64,000 bases of DNA from a virus: IMG/VR virus record IMGVR_UViG_3300028920_000038, positions 73,848 through 137,847 of that record, one strand, 5' to 3'. The notes beneath the pieces are model-generated. The model saw only the letters and a program-made list of their open reading frames with translations, was not told the origin of the DNA and searched no databases. A program made the translations under genes and the position numbers. Positions 30,171 to 41,434 of the stretch are shown here, piece after piece (the stretch's first letter is position 1; each line of letters begins with the position of its first letter).

Positions 30171-30572
30171 TTATATCTCTAATTCTTCTTCGATACTTGT
30201 AGCTAAATTATCTCTATGAACCTGACTAATATTAGTAATAACTGGAACATCTAACTCTGAATCCCAATAATAATTCTGCAAACCAGTCATAATTATATTA
30301 TTTATATTCTGTAGTGAAGTTATTGAACCTGATATTGCAGTAGCAAATTCTGGATATCTTGATGCAAACCAATCTCCATGAGTAGTATTAAAGTTATTAA
30401 GCATGGCATAATTATTCACAAACCTATCTCTCAAATCCATCAACTCCATAGTAGAATAAGTTCTATTAGTATCCCGTAATTGAATTACTAGATGATTTAT
30501 ACTATTCCAAAGTCTAGGTAATTGTTTAATTATAGTTTGAGCTGTAGATTCTCTTTGAAGTTTATATATCAT
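30171..30572 (-). CDS. Hypothetical helical protein
   Basis: 133-aa ORF, translationally coupled, in the appendage block. Confidence 0.5.
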   Translation of the reverse strand: MIYKLQRESTAQTIIKQLPRLWNSINHLVIQLRDTNRTYSTMELMDLRDRFVNNYAMLNNFNTTHGDWFASRYPEFATAISGSITSLQNINNIIMTGLQNYYWDSELDVPVITNISQVHRDNLATSIEEELEI

Positions 30573-30627
30573 TTTATCCCTCCTTTAGTAGACATATTGA
30601 ACATTAAAGCATAATAGGTAATATCGC

Positions 30628-31191
30628 TCATGCTATAGTAACCCGATGTCCCTTTCCTGAAAACATTATTCTCTTACCGGGTACCTTATTAAATTTAGTA
30701 ACTCCAGCTGCCTCTCCCTCTTCAGAACTTTCTGTATAATTAGCATAGATTAATAAACTAACAGTTGAATATCCGTCATCAAATGATTCTATTGGATCTT
30801 CTGGTGTCGGATATGTCATAAATTCATAGTATAAACCACCAGTTCCATCTGCTTCATTCTCTGAATTAAAATTGACAGCAAGTGTATCATCAATAAAAAC
30901 ACCAATATAATATAATGTAGATGCTGTTACTGTTGGTTTTGGTTCACTAAAATTAAATGTAATCCAACCAGAACCTCCATCTGTTTTTTCTTCAGTGGAA
31001 TCTATTAGATTTAAATTTTCATCATATAATAAACATGTTACTTCTTCCCCAGAACTCCAACCACTTGTAAAATACACAACTATATTATCAACGGTACCGT
31101 CACTTGTTGGTGTTCCCTTACAAAATCTACCTTGATTAGCTGATACTGATAATTGGTTTTCTGCTGAACCATTATAACCAAATATTGCCAT
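30628..31191 (-). CDS. Beta-sandwich (DUF4082-like) virion protein
   Basis: MAIFGYNG...GTVDNIVVY...VTCLLYD...GWITFNFS...VTASTLYYIGV, similar to the N-domains of 16727 and 17611. Confidence 0.55.
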   Translation of the reverse strand: MAIFGYNGSAENQLSVSANQGRFCKGTPTSDGTVDNIVVYFTSGWSSGEEVTCLLYDENLNLIDSTEEKTDGGSGWITFNFSEPKPTVTASTLYYIGVFIDDTLAVNFNSENEADGTGGLYYEFMTYPTPEDPIESFDDGYSTVSLLIYANYTESSEEGEAAGVTKFNKVPGKRIMFSGKGHRVTIA

Positions 31192-31193
31192 AT

Positions 31194-33476
31194 TTAATAC
31201 ACCGAAATTTGCATAAATCCAGTTCCATACTGATACCCAGATAAGGATGCACCACCGGAATACATGAACCGTATTTCTGTATTTCCACCATCTGATTTGG
31301 CTAATGGATATCCTTGTTGTAATATAGATGATGATGTTTTATAGACCGATGTGGAACCGCTTAGAAGTTCTACACATAAACCACTAACTGATGTTCCACC
31401 TGAATTACAGGCTGCTGCTTGCCATACATATACGTTTTTAGATCCTGCATCAAATCTAGTTAGATTAATATTATGATTAGCTGATATTTCAATGTTACCT
31501 ATATTAAAGGTCATTGGTGGTAATTCATTTTCCCATCTAGAATTATCCGCCTTGTATACTAAAATTTCTCCAGAAGCTGGGGATGACAATTCAGCTTCTT
31601 CAAATGCAAGTTGTCTAAGAGATTGTGATGAAACTACAGAATGAACAATGTCCTTTGCAGATGCATACAATGTTGATTCATATTGAAGATTACCAGATAA
31701 ATAAATATTTTTGATTCTTTTACCACCAATTCCAGCTGAACCTATATTAACATTTCCATCAGTAATTGGAGTTATATCATTTACTACATCCAAAGAATTA
31801 ACAGTTAAAGTATGTGAAGTGGAATCGTCTGTATCTTTTCTTAGATATGTTCCGGATGGTTCTAAATAATAATCTGCATCTTCTGTTGTAGAACTAATAT
31901 GATAAATTATAAGCTCATCATAAGAACCTCCACTAATTATTGCCATGTCTCCTGTATTATGCGGAATATTATCCCAAACAGATTTATCCATGACTGGAAG
32001 TTGAGTTATTCCTCTATATTTAGTATTTAATTGGTGTCTATTACTAAAGTATGAATTTTGAGGTCTAAAACTACAATTAATATATTGTATATCACAATAA
32101 GGAGGAGAATCTGTACTTTCTTCATATATATCATATTCAGTTCCTTTATTAGCTTCAGCCTTGAAATATGTATTTGCATAAATAACTACATCAGCATCTG
32201 AAGATTGTTTAGAATATAATCCATACGCTAATCCAGTAGGAGAATATGATTCAACAAAAGAATTATTAACTGTAATTCCATGATTACTAAGCATGGTTCC
32301 ACCAAAATAAAGACCTCTTGTAGTTCCACCTAAATTATTTTTAGCATATATAGTACAATTATTCAAATAGCTTTGACCTACTCCTCCTTTCTTTATTCCA
32401 GTAGTTTCAGCTCCTTGTCCAGATATATCACTTATCACTCTAATATATGAATTAATTATATCTACTCTAGGATCTTCACCAAGAGATGATCCAGGTCTGT
32501 ATATACCAATTGTACTTCCATTTCCAGTAGGTCTATATAAGTTAATAAATGAATTTTTTATTATAAGAGGCTCGTAATCTATTAAAGATGCACCTGAAGA
32601 TAATATATGAATACCGTAAGAATCTTGATTACCTGAAGGTTCTACTTTAATTTCAACATTATTTATTATAGAATTTCTCCAAGACTTTATTGTATTTTCA
32701 TTTCCTATACCTTCTTTTTTAGCATAGATATAAAGATTATCTAGGTAAACATCATTTACATTAGTAAAAGCTTTTATAGCTATAGATCCTGAACCTTCTG
32801 CATTTATAGTTAAATTTTGTATACTAGAATTAGATGAAACTCCTATAAATGGATCTTCTCCAGCTGTAGTTGATTGAATGATAGTTCCGTTTCTAGATTC
32901 ACCTTCTAAATGTACATAAGAGCAAACTGGTAATGCAGTTTCAGTATATGTTCCATTAGATACTTTTACCGTTATTGGCCAGGAAGAGGATGCTATAGAA
33001 GCAGCCTCTGTTAATCCTTTAGACACTGTTAAAAATGCATTATGAGGAGATAATCCATCATTAGAATCGCTCCCATTCTTTCCTACATAGATAGAACCTG
33101 AGAAATCTGTATCCCCAATTTCACTATCTACATAATGCTTATTAGTCGCACAACTTGGATATGAAGGATCTATAAGTCCAGAAATGGTATTAGCATTAAT
33201 TGTTAAATCGCCAGTACTGATAGAACCTGAAACCTTTTGAGATGATAAATAAGTAATATCATAAATACCATAAGTAGATTGACCATCTAAATCTCCACCT
33301 AATTGAGGAGAATCATCTTCTACTACACTACTTAATCCTCCAGCTGCTTCTACATTTACAGCTATCCATTTTTTAGTTCCATCATCCCATTTTATTCCTG
33401 AGCTATCATAAGTTGTAGAATCCCAGGAAGTAATATCGGCTGCTCCAGTTATATTGTAAATTTTTAATTTAGTCAT
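31194..33476 (-). CDS. Fibre/spike with right-handed beta-helix (pectin lyase-like) domain
   Basis: YVGKNGSDSNDGLSPHNAFLTVSKG, VKVSNGTYTE, VHLEGESRNGTII, NSSIQNLTI; NKHYVD motif. Start moved to ATG 33476 behind GAGGA. Confidence 0.75.
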   Translation of the reverse strand: MTKLKIYNITGAADITSWDSTTYDSSGIKWDDGTKKWIAVNVEAAGGLSSVVEDDSPQLGGDLDGQSTYGIYDITYLSSQKVSGSISTGDLTINANTISGLIDPSYPSCATNKHYVDSEIGDTDFSGSIYVGKNGSDSNDGLSPHNAFLTVSKGLTEAASIASSSWPITVKVSNGTYTETALPVCSYVHLEGESRNGTIIQSTTAGEDPFIGVSSNSSIQNLTINAEGSGSIAIKAFTNVNDVYLDNLYIYAKKEGIGNENTIKSWRNSIINNVEIKVEPSGNQDSYGIHILSSGASLIDYEPLIIKNSFINLYRPTGNGSTIGIYRPGSSLGEDPRVDIINSYIRVISDISGQGAETTGIKKGGVGQSYLNNCTIYAKNNLGGTTRGLYFGGTMLSNHGITVNNSFVESYSPTGLAYGLYSKQSSDADVVIYANTYFKAEANKGTEYDIYEESTDSPPYCDIQYINCSFRPQNSYFSNRHQLNTKYRGITQLPVMDKSVWDNIPHNTGDMAIISGGSYDELIIYHISSTTEDADYYLEPSGTYLRKDTDDSTSHTLTVNSLDVVNDITPITDGNVNIGSAGIGGKRIKNIYLSGNLQYESTLYASAKDIVHSVVSSQSLRQLAFEEAELSSPASGEILVYKADNSRWENELPPMTFNIGNIEISANHNINLTRFDAGSKNVYVWQAAACNSGGTSVSGLCVELLSGSTSVYKTSSSILQQGYPLAKSDGGNTEIRFMYSGGASLSGYQYGTGFMQISVY

Positions 33477-33495
33477 ATTTATCCTCACTTAAAAT

Positions 33496-35385
33496 CTAAA
33501 CATCTTCATATATAGAGAGACTTTTATTTCCTCCATAAAATTTTAATCGTCCTGGTCCATAAATATTTAAATAATAAACAGATTCCTCTTCTTCTTCACC
33601 GAGGGTTACATCTAAATGTCCATATCCAACTAAATTTAGACTGGATACAACTATTAATCCATTATTTTGAGTATAGGATTCAGCTTCTTCATCATTCCAA
33701 TTCACAGTATATGTTTCTGTAGTATCTGGCATTTGAAATCTAATATTAGCAATTCCTTCTCCAGAAATTTCTATTAGAGATTCTGTATCATCAGTAGTTG
33801 GAGATGTAGCTGATAATATATATATATTTTTATTCGAAAGATATTCTATTTTTGGATGAGATGTATGTTGTGATGAATATATAAAACTTGTAGACGATGC
33901 AAGATATGATCCAGATATATATACATGAGGACTAGCTATACTATCTGCTTTATATACCCAAGATAGAAAATTCCAAGAGTGTGGATAATCCATAGACCAA
34001 TTTATCCCACCAAGATAATATTCATATTTTGTTATAACATCACTAGTATCTGCAACGGGAAAACTTATATCTCTTCCATTAGCATAAGTAGACACTCTTT
34101 TAAAACCTGCATCTCCATCATCCCCGACTTTGTATATAATTTTATTATAACAACCAGAGAACACACAAAGATTTAAGTCTGGAACTGATGAATTAAATGC
34201 AATTACATAAGTACCACAAGTTAAATCTCCATCATCAGTAGGAGGATCTTCTGTTAATCTGAATGCATCTGTACCATAATGACCACCTAATGTAGTTCTT
34301 CCAGTGTTTAGATACATATTACCAGAATTACTCTGAGCTGACACGAATATAGAATATTTTCTTATAATTCTATTTGACGATGAATCGGTGAATTCAAGGA
34401 ATAATGAATGAGTTCCATATCTATCTAATGTTAAATTACCTGATATTAGACTTCCATTCTGTCCTGAATATGAAAATGTATCAGTATCTGGATAAGAATA
34501 TACTTTCCAATCCGGATTCTCTTCCATTTTAAGATCTGGTTTTCTAGTTCTAAATGAATAGGATATTGTGCTGTTTACTGATGGGACTATATTACTTATA
34601 GAAAGACCACTGATTTCATACCCTTGAATTGGGTGATATAAATAATTATGATGAATATTTGGTCCACCAGTATTAGGATAATTAGTAAATATTATGCATT
34701 TACCACAATTTTTGAAAGTATTGTAACAAATCTCATTAGTATAACAAAGTTCACTTTCTTTTATACCATAGTTGCATTCTTCAAATGTATTACTAGAGAA
34801 TATATTATTATCTGCTGCATGAGCTTTAGAAGCTATTCCGCATCTATAGAAAGTGCAATTTGAAATTGTATTATCATCTGAACCTGTTACTAAATCAATT
34901 CCTTGAGATAATCCAGAAAATGTACAATATTCAATTATAGAATCATCGTCAGATATACTAACTCCTGGCCAGGTTCCAACTCTAAAACTTGAATTATCTG
35001 TAAATGTACACCCACTAATAGTAATATATTGACCTTGTATATTTATACCATAATCGCATTTCCTAAATGTACAATTATTTATGTGAGTATGAATTCCATA
35101 ACTTCTTATTGCACTTCTATAATTAGCATTATATCCTATGAAATCTATATCTTTTATAGTGTTATAACCGCTATCGTCATATAGATAAAATATGAAACTA
35201 ATAGAATCACTAGTAGATGACATATAATAATTATTACCACTAAATGTTATACCACTAACAGCAGATAGTTTAATTTGAGAACTTAGCTTAATATTATCTG
35301 TAAGAGTTATTGTATCTCCAGATACTGCTATATTATGAGCAGTTGATGATAATTCATACTGATTAATTACATCATAATTTGTCAT
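33496..35385 (-). CDS. Beta-helix (NosD/Beta_helix-like) appendage protein with Ig-like C-terminal domains
   Basis: Repeated NCTF..C..GI, DNTISNCTF, NNIFSSNTF units. Confidence 0.7.
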   Translation of the reverse strand: MTNYDVINQYELSSTAHNIAVSGDTITLTDNIKLSSQIKLSAVSGITFSGNNYYMSSTSDSISFIFYLYDDSGYNTIKDIDFIGYNANYRSAIRSYGIHTHINNCTFRKCDYGINIQGQYITISGCTFTDNSSFRVGTWPGVSISDDDSIIEYCTFSGLSQGIDLVTGSDDNTISNCTFYRCGIASKAHAADNNIFSSNTFEECNYGIKESELCYTNEICYNTFKNCGKCIIFTNYPNTGGPNIHHNYLYHPIQGYEISGLSISNIVPSVNSTISYSFRTRKPDLKMEENPDWKVYSYPDTDTFSYSGQNGSLISGNLTLDRYGTHSLFLEFTDSSSNRIIRKYSIFVSAQSNSGNMYLNTGRTTLGGHYGTDAFRLTEDPPTDDGDLTCGTYVIAFNSSVPDLNLCVFSGCYNKIIYKVGDDGDAGFKRVSTYANGRDISFPVADTSDVITKYEYYLGGINWSMDYPHSWNFLSWVYKADSIASPHVYISGSYLASSTSFIYSSQHTSHPKIEYLSNKNIYILSATSPTTDDTESLIEISGEGIANIRFQMPDTTETYTVNWNDEEAESYTQNNGLIVVSSLNLVGYGHLDVTLGEEEEESVYYLNIYGPGRLKFYGGNKSLSIYEDV

Positions 35386-35388
35386 CTA

Positions 35389-38300
35389 TTATACTCTCGC
35401 CATCCATGAGAAGTCTTCTGATTCATCCGAAGTATGATATACTGTAACATCTGATGCATCTACAGTAAATGAATAAGCTATAGGATTAGCTCCAGAAGGA
35501 GTTAGATTAACATAACTTGGTTTTGCAGAGCAATTATGAGCAAATGTTCCTCCATCAGCTACGTTTGCCCAGCCAGTTCTTGTTTCTGTTGATGGAGAAA
35601 ATCTACTTATAGAATTTGAAGATGTTATATATAGAGTATGATCAAATTCGTCATATCCTTCTAAAGTATCTATACGAGAATCTAAATTGCTTGAGATAGA
35701 ATTAACTAACGCCCTATTAATATTGGAAGATCCTGCATAATTGTCATTAAGAACTGAAGTAAGATCTGATTCTTGATAATAGAATTTATTGATAGCTACA
35801 GAAGAAGCTATGTAATCATCTACATCTATAGTTAAGCTTCCAGATATTTTACCATCACCAGTTGTTGATATTCCTAATCCAGCAGTAAGTGCAGTCCATG
35901 AAATATCTTCTATACCAGCTTCACCCTCTAAAGTATCTAAACGGGTATCATGAGCAGATGAAGTATTAAATAAAGAAGTGATATCATCACTTATATTAGA
36001 TGAGAAACCATAATAGTCAGCTGCTCCAGACCATGATGACGGTTCTTGAGATTCCAAAGCTTCTAATCTAGTATCTATGCTACCAGATAGAGTATCAATC
36101 CATGTTTGATTATATAAATTGGATGATAAAGAGTATAGAGTATGATCGAATTCATCATTGTCTTCAAGATCTTCAAGACGTGAATCTATATTCCCTGAAA
36201 GACTATCTATCCAAGTCTGAGTATACATATTAGAAGATGCCCAAGAACCAGCTACTGCATTGCTTGATATAGTTGAATATCCAAGTACTGTGACATCATG
36301 ATCTCCAGATCCACTAACACCAACTCCTGTAATAGATGCAATTCCTGTACCTTCTGTTAATGTACCCCAATTAGAAGGAGTATCTGATACAGCATCTATC
36401 TTAGCATCAAGATTAGATGATATTGTATCTATATAATGTTTGTTGGATACTCCAGAAGCGTAAGTTGGATCTGCTATTCCAGAAATCTCTCCAATGAAAG
36501 TTACAGAACCGCTAAAGTATGAATCCCCAGATACTTGAAATTGATAAGGCCCTACATCAAAATTAGCATGACCTACTGTAACTTCATTAGCATAGTAAAT
36601 TCCTCCAGTTCTTGTATTCCATTGTCCTGCTCCTTCACCTCCACTTCCTCCACTAGGCATCGCAACCCAATTGGAGCCATTCCATAATATTCCAGAATTG
36701 AGGAAAGTATCAGAATCCCATGAATCTATTCCATCCGATATTTCATACATTGCAACTTGAGCTGAAGCGTATGCTTGACTATATTTTTGACCAGAAATAA
36801 CATAACCAGATGGATGGTAATTATCATCTAATACTGATGTTAAATCTCCTTCTGATGAATAAGTCTCACTATACAAAGCTATTTGTGTAGAAGCGTATGC
36901 TTTTGAATATTCTTGTCCTGATATTACAAAACCAGATGGATGATAGTTGTCATCTAAAATTGCTGTTAAATCACCCTCTGAAGAGTAAGTTTCAGTGTAT
37001 AATGCAATTTGTGCAGAGGCATAAGCTGCAGTATATTTTTGAGAAGAAGCTGAAAACCAATCACTAAGAGTTTTTACATTGCTACTTATTCCTTTCCCTA
37101 ATGAAGAGGGATAGTATTCAGATCCATCTAAAGAATCTTGTTTGCTATCTATCTTTGTATCTAAATTGCTAGAGATGGAATTTATTAAAGATATATTCAC
37201 ATTTGAACTGCCAGGATAATTATCATTTAATGCAGCAGTTAAGTCATTTTCTGTGGAATATGTTTCGGAATAAAGAGCAACTTGTCCAGATAGATAACCT
37301 TTCCAATAATAAGAACCAGATTTAAGTATATTTTGAGGTATATCAACAAGTGATAACGTGCCTGCAATTCCATCATGTCTAATAGTTACTGTACTAGTTA
37401 ATCCTGAAGCTATAGATAAAATTGCAGAAGAATCGCTACCAGCACTTGAAGGAGTAGGAATCCATTTCTGAGAACCTTTATCCCATTTAATTCCAGAATT
37501 ATCAAAGGTATCGCTATTCCAATCTATATCTGATGCTCCTGTTATTGCAAAAGAACCTACAGCACCTGTAGCTGCATATATAGTATCTAACCAACTTCTT
37601 ATATTACTAGAAGGAAAGTGTATATCAGAATCATTTTTATGAGTTTGAAATGCTCCAGATCCTGCATAGTTATCATTTAATATTGATATTAAATCATCTT
37701 CCGATGAGTATGTCTCACTATATAGAGCTATTTGCGCTGATGCATAAGCTTTTGAATATTGTTCTCCAGAAATTACATATCCAGATGGGTGATAGTTGTC
37801 ATTAAGAACTTCAATTAAATCTGATTCGTTAGAATATGTTTCAGAGTATAAAGCAATCTGTGCACTTGCATATGCTTTGGAGTATTTATCTCCAGAAATT
37901 ATAATATCTGAAATTGTTGAAGATGAATTATTAAACCAATTATATGATTGTGTATATTTATTTCCTGAAGATAGTAAATCTTCATATCTCTGAGAAGAAG
38001 CATTTATCCAATTATAAGAATCTTTTGCATTCGAAGAAATTGTGGTATATCCATCAACAGATACAGTTAATGAAGAATCTCCACTAATAGCATAGGTTCC
38101 TGTAAATCCTCCGATACCAGTTCCAGCAGAAAAAGACTGCCATCCTGAAATACCTCCACCAGCAACTGGAGTTTGAGAAGACCACATACTTTGGGTATCG
38201 TCCCAAGTTAATACATCGCCATCACTTGGAGTCATATTCGTAACAACATCTGTAAGGCCAGATATTGTATTATCTCCAGTGGAGTAACTCAATGAATTCC

Positions 38301-38433
38301 AGGAATTAGAACCGTCTCCAATTTTGATTTTTCCTGTATCGGTTTCACATCCAAATTCTCCTGCTGCTAATGTTGGATCATTATTTGTCCAATTAGCTGC
38401 GGTATCATGTCTCAGTTGAATTTTTACAACCAT
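35389..38433 (-). CDS. Tail/head fibre with Mtd_N/hyaluronidase-like N-terminal domain and 42-aa repeats
   Basis: IQLRHDTAANWTNNDPTLAAGEFGCETDTGKIKIGDGSNSWNSLSY; YASAQIALYSETYS repeats. Confidence 0.8.
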   Translation of the reverse strand: MVVKIQLRHDTAANWTNNDPTLAAGEFGCETDTGKIKIGDGSNSWNSLSYSTGDNTISGLTDVVTNMTPSDGDVLTWDDTQSMWSSQTPVAGGGISGWQSFSAGTGIGGFTGTYAISGDSSLTVSVDGYTTISSNAKDSYNWINASSQRYEDLLSSGNKYTQSYNWFNNSSSTISDIIISGDKYSKAYASAQIALYSETYSNESDLIEVLNDNYHPSGYVISGEQYSKAYASAQIALYSETYSSEDDLISILNDNYAGSGAFQTHKNDSDIHFPSSNIRSWLDTIYAATGAVGSFAITGASDIDWNSDTFDNSGIKWDKGSQKWIPTPSSAGSDSSAILSIASGLTSTVTIRHDGIAGTLSLVDIPQNILKSGSYYWKGYLSGQVALYSETYSTENDLTAALNDNYPGSSNVNISLINSISSNLDTKIDSKQDSLDGSEYYPSSLGKGISSNVKTLSDWFSASSQKYTAAYASAQIALYTETYSSEGDLTAILDDNYHPSGFVISGQEYSKAYASTQIALYSETYSSEGDLTSVLDDNYHPSGYVISGQKYSQAYASAQVAMYEISDGIDSWDSDTFLNSGILWNGSNWVAMPSGGSGGEGAGQWNTRTGGIYYANEVTVGHANFDVGPYQFQVSGDSYFSGSVTFIGEISGIADPTYASGVSNKHYIDTISSNLDAKIDAVSDTPSNWGTLTEGTGIASITGVGVSGSGDHDVTVLGYSTISSNAVAGSWASSNMYTQTWIDSLSGNIDSRLEDLEDNDEFDHTLYSLSSNLYNQTWIDTLSGSIDTRLEALESQEPSSWSGAADYYGFSSNISDDITSLFNTSSAHDTRLDTLEGEAGIEDISWTALTAGLGISTTGDGKISGSLTIDVDDYIASSVAINKFYYQESDLTSVLNDNYAGSSNINRALVNSISSNLDSRIDTLEGYDEFDHTLYITSSNSISRFSPSTETRTGWANVADGGTFAHNCSAKPSYVNLTPSGANPIAYSFTVDASDVTVYHTSDESEDFSWMARV

Positions 38434-38473
38434 ATAATCATAACCTATATATTAACATATTATATATAAACAT

Positions 38474-38887
38474 TTAAGATCCACCACAATCTATCCCAGA
38501 AATTCCACCATAAGTGGAATCTGATAATCCGCCATCTAAATTGGGGGAACCTTGTACATTTCTATCAATCCAATATGTTCCGTCATAAGTAAGAGAATTT
38601 CCAGATGTAGGGGCTGGTACATTAGTATCAGTTAAATCCTCTAAGGTGCTTGAAGCACCACCTGCTGCTACTGATGAGGGTATCCAATGAGTTCCATCCC
38701 ATCTTAATCCTGATCCTACTCCAGGTGATATTATCTCTACATCAGCTAAACTAGAAAGGTATGCCCATGAGATGTCTCCACTAGGAGCAAATGTCTTATC
38801 TACATATCCTTTATTAGCTGCACCTGAATAGTAGGTGGGATCTATTAATCCTGATATTTCTGTTGCTCTAAATATATTTCTTGTCAT
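38474..38887 (-). CDS. Short fibre-associated protein
   Basis: ISGLIDPTY..AANKGYVD, LEDLTDTN, GNSLTYDGTYW and terminal LDGG...IDCGG motifs typical of fibre neighbours. Confidence 0.6.
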   Translation of the reverse strand: MTRNIFRATEISGLIDPTYYSGAANKGYVDKTFAPSGDISWAYLSSLADVEIISPGVGSGLRWDGTHWIPSSVAAGGASSTLEDLTDTNVPAPTSGNSLTYDGTYWIDRNVQGSPNLDGGLSDSTYGGISGIDCGGS

Positions 38888-38896
38888 ATTAATTTA

Positions 38897-41434
38897 TTAT
38901 TGTCCAGCTCCACCTTGACTTCCGGATACCCATTTCCATTTAGTAGATAGGTTTCCTATTCCAGATGGGTAGTAATAATTACTGGATGAACTTATAACAT
39001 ACCAATTCCATGTATTTGGATTTGAAGATGTAGCTCTCATACTACTATCTACATTATATTGACCAGAGTTCCATATCCATTTTGTAGTAGGAGAATTTAC
39101 AGAAATCATGGTACTAAAATATGTATATCCAGCTACTTCTGGAGGTGCAGAAGGTACAAGAGTATCTAAATTTAATGCACAGAATCCACACTGATTAGCT
39201 TGAGTTTCATCATCTCCTGAACCTCCTTGACCATCATCGAATTGTTGTACACACACTTTATAATTAGATGATATTTTCCATATACCAGCTGGATTTAATG
39301 ATCCATTAAATGTATCATATGAACTCTGTTCTCCTCTAAGATATGTACCATGTTGTCCTCTAGTTTGTGCAACTCCGCTTATAAAGAATCTAGCAGCTGT
39401 TGTTAAACGGGTTCCATTAGATTCGGTCTGTCTTTCTAAAAGGCCATTTCCTAATAATAAGACATCACATGTCTTTTCAACATTCATACTACTTATTGAT
39501 GCTTGAGTAAATGCAGCAGAATCATTATGATCCACATCTCTCATCCATTTCATATAAGTAGTTGTATCACCGACTGCTTCTCCACCAGTTGAATCATGAC
39601 TTATAAATGTCTCAGCTTCAGAAGGTAATTCCATTACGAATACTGCAGATTGACTACTAGCAAATCCATCTCCTGAAGAATCTACATCAGCATTTCCTCG
39701 TTGGCATTGAATAACTAGTTTCTCATTATTTGATGTAGTTTTGTGTATGAACCAAGCATTAGTTTCTCCATACTGATTTTCATCATCTCTTATATATGTA
39801 TAACCATAAGATTGAGGTATTTCAGATTCAAATGAAGAACTTGATACAATAGCTCTAGATATTCTTTGAGTTCTAACATCTCCTGCACCCAAATTATGTG
39901 CAAAGCTATATAATATTAAGAATTTACTTCCAGATGTATTAAGTGTAATGGTTTCTCCACCAGCTAATGCAGCTGATGTATCAAATCCAGTAAATGTATG
40001 ACTATATGGGGGACTATCATCAGGACCTGCTATATTATCAGCAGTTATTCCAGCATCCCAGTTTACTCCATTAGAAGTTCCAGTACCCCTTTCAACTATA
40101 ATATAATCTATTCGAGTATCTATACGAGTATCATCAGTATCAGCTCCATTATGTCTACCAACATAGCAATTTGTTGTAGTTGGAGTGCCACTTTGTGTTC
40201 CATCAGAACACCAAGCTTGTAAGAATTTGTCTTCTGGACATCCATGGATTTGAGTTAGTACGGTTAAATTAGAATATGAACCTTGAAGAGATACTTGCTC
40301 CATAGTTCCTGGCCAAGTTGGTGCCAAATGGGAACTAGATGGTTTATAACTAGCTTCGCATTCATCTCCTCCTGGAAGAATATGATTACCTGATTCCATT
40401 ACAAGAAAATATATAGTATTTGCATCAGCAGAATCTGCACTAGCAGCATCTAATCTTAATTTGAAGGATATAGGAGTAACTCCACTAATTCTAGCTGTTA
40501 CAGGTGGATTACTAGCACTATTTATGGAAGGTGTACAAATTATAATAGGTTCTTTATATGATTTAACTAAATTAATATCAACCCAAGATTCATCTACATT
40601 TGTTTGAGAACTATATTCACCAATTACTACAGAATTCTCATCTAATATGGTACCAGCTTTATAATTGAAAGCCCAATACATCATATCCTCTGTAGTATGA
40701 TTTCTTTCTGTATCTCCTATATTATCTTCATCACAAACTACATTCATAGTTCCTGCAGTTATAGGATTTGAACCATAGAACGTAGGGAGATATCCATCTC
40801 CTCCATCTTCTCCACAATGAGTTAAGACTCCAAAGTGACTTACTCCTATAGCTGTACCTGTACCTCCAGATATAATATTATCATTAGTTTGTACTATCTT
40901 ATGTTCCCATATTCCATTCTTCCAAGATGTACCATCAAAATTATCAGTACCATAAGTACTTCCGTAATGCCCATAAGCAACATCGCTAGAATCTGTAAGT
41001 CTAACAAGCATTATTTCGGAGTAATTAGCAACTGCAGTATTAGATATGCTATCAGAATCTCGTCTTGCTTGAACAGTTACTATTTGACCAGATTTAGCTC
41101 CAAGAATCATACAAGAGGCTCTAGTATATATTGCATTATTATTTGTATCTCTCTGATATCCAGCTCCTCTTGAACCTTGAACTTCAACACCATCCAGTAA
41201 TGTTCTACTCTGCATATTTTCACGATTATTTCCACCTTCACCGTGAATATAAGTTAAACAAAGATAATTACCATCTTCAGTTAATTGAAATCCTTTACCA
41301 GATCCAGATACATTGTATGTACCATCGTTTCTATATTCTGTATTAAATGGAAATTGAACAAATGAAGTTGTCCAAGTTTGAGTACCAGCAGAATCGTACC
41401 AGATTCCTATATCACCAATAGCCAAGAATATCAC
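38897..41434 (-). CDS. Receptor-binding-like protein: C1q/TNF-like beta domains with H-type-lectin-like insert and Trp-rich C-terminal module
   Basis: FNTE.RND.TY...DGNYL, SYKEPIIICTPS...TARISGVTPISFKLRL. Probable true start is TTG 41425 after GGTGAT. Confidence 0.6.
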   Translation of the reverse strand: MIFLAIGDIGIWYDSAGTQTWTTSFVQFPFNTEYRNDGTYNVSGSGKGFQLTEDGNYLCLTYIHGEGGNNRENMQSRTLLDGVEVQGSRGAGYQRDTNNNAIYTRASCMILGAKSGQIVTVQARRDSDSISNTAVANYSEIMLVRLTDSSDVAYGHYGSTYGTDNFDGTSWKNGIWEHKIVQTNDNIISGGTGTAIGVSHFGVLTHCGEDGGDGYLPTFYGSNPITAGTMNVVCDEDNIGDTERNHTTEDMMYWAFNYKAGTILDENSVVIGEYSSQTNVDESWVDINLVKSYKEPIIICTPSINSASNPPVTARISGVTPISFKLRLDAASADSADANTIYFLVMESGNHILPGGDECEASYKPSSSHLAPTWPGTMEQVSLQGSYSNLTVLTQIHGCPEDKFLQAWCSDGTQSGTPTTTNCYVGRHNGADTDDTRIDTRIDYIIVERGTGTSNGVNWDAGITADNIAGPDDSPPYSHTFTGFDTSAALAGGETITLNTSGSKFLILYSFAHNLGAGDVRTQRISRAIVSSSSFESEIPQSYGYTYIRDDENQYGETNAWFIHKTTSNNEKLVIQCQRGNADVDSSGDGFASSQSAVFVMELPSEAETFISHDSTGGEAVGDTTTYMKWMRDVDHNDSAAFTQASISSMNVEKTCDVLLLGNGLLERQTESNGTRLTTAARFFISGVAQTRGQHGTYLRGEQSSYDTFNGSLNPAGIWKISSNYKVCVQQFDDGQGGSGDDETQANQCGFCALNLDTLVPSAPPEVAGYTYFSTMISVNSPTTKWIWNSGQYNVDSSMRATSSNPNTWNWYVISSSSNYYYPSGIGNLSTKWKWVSGSQGGAGQ

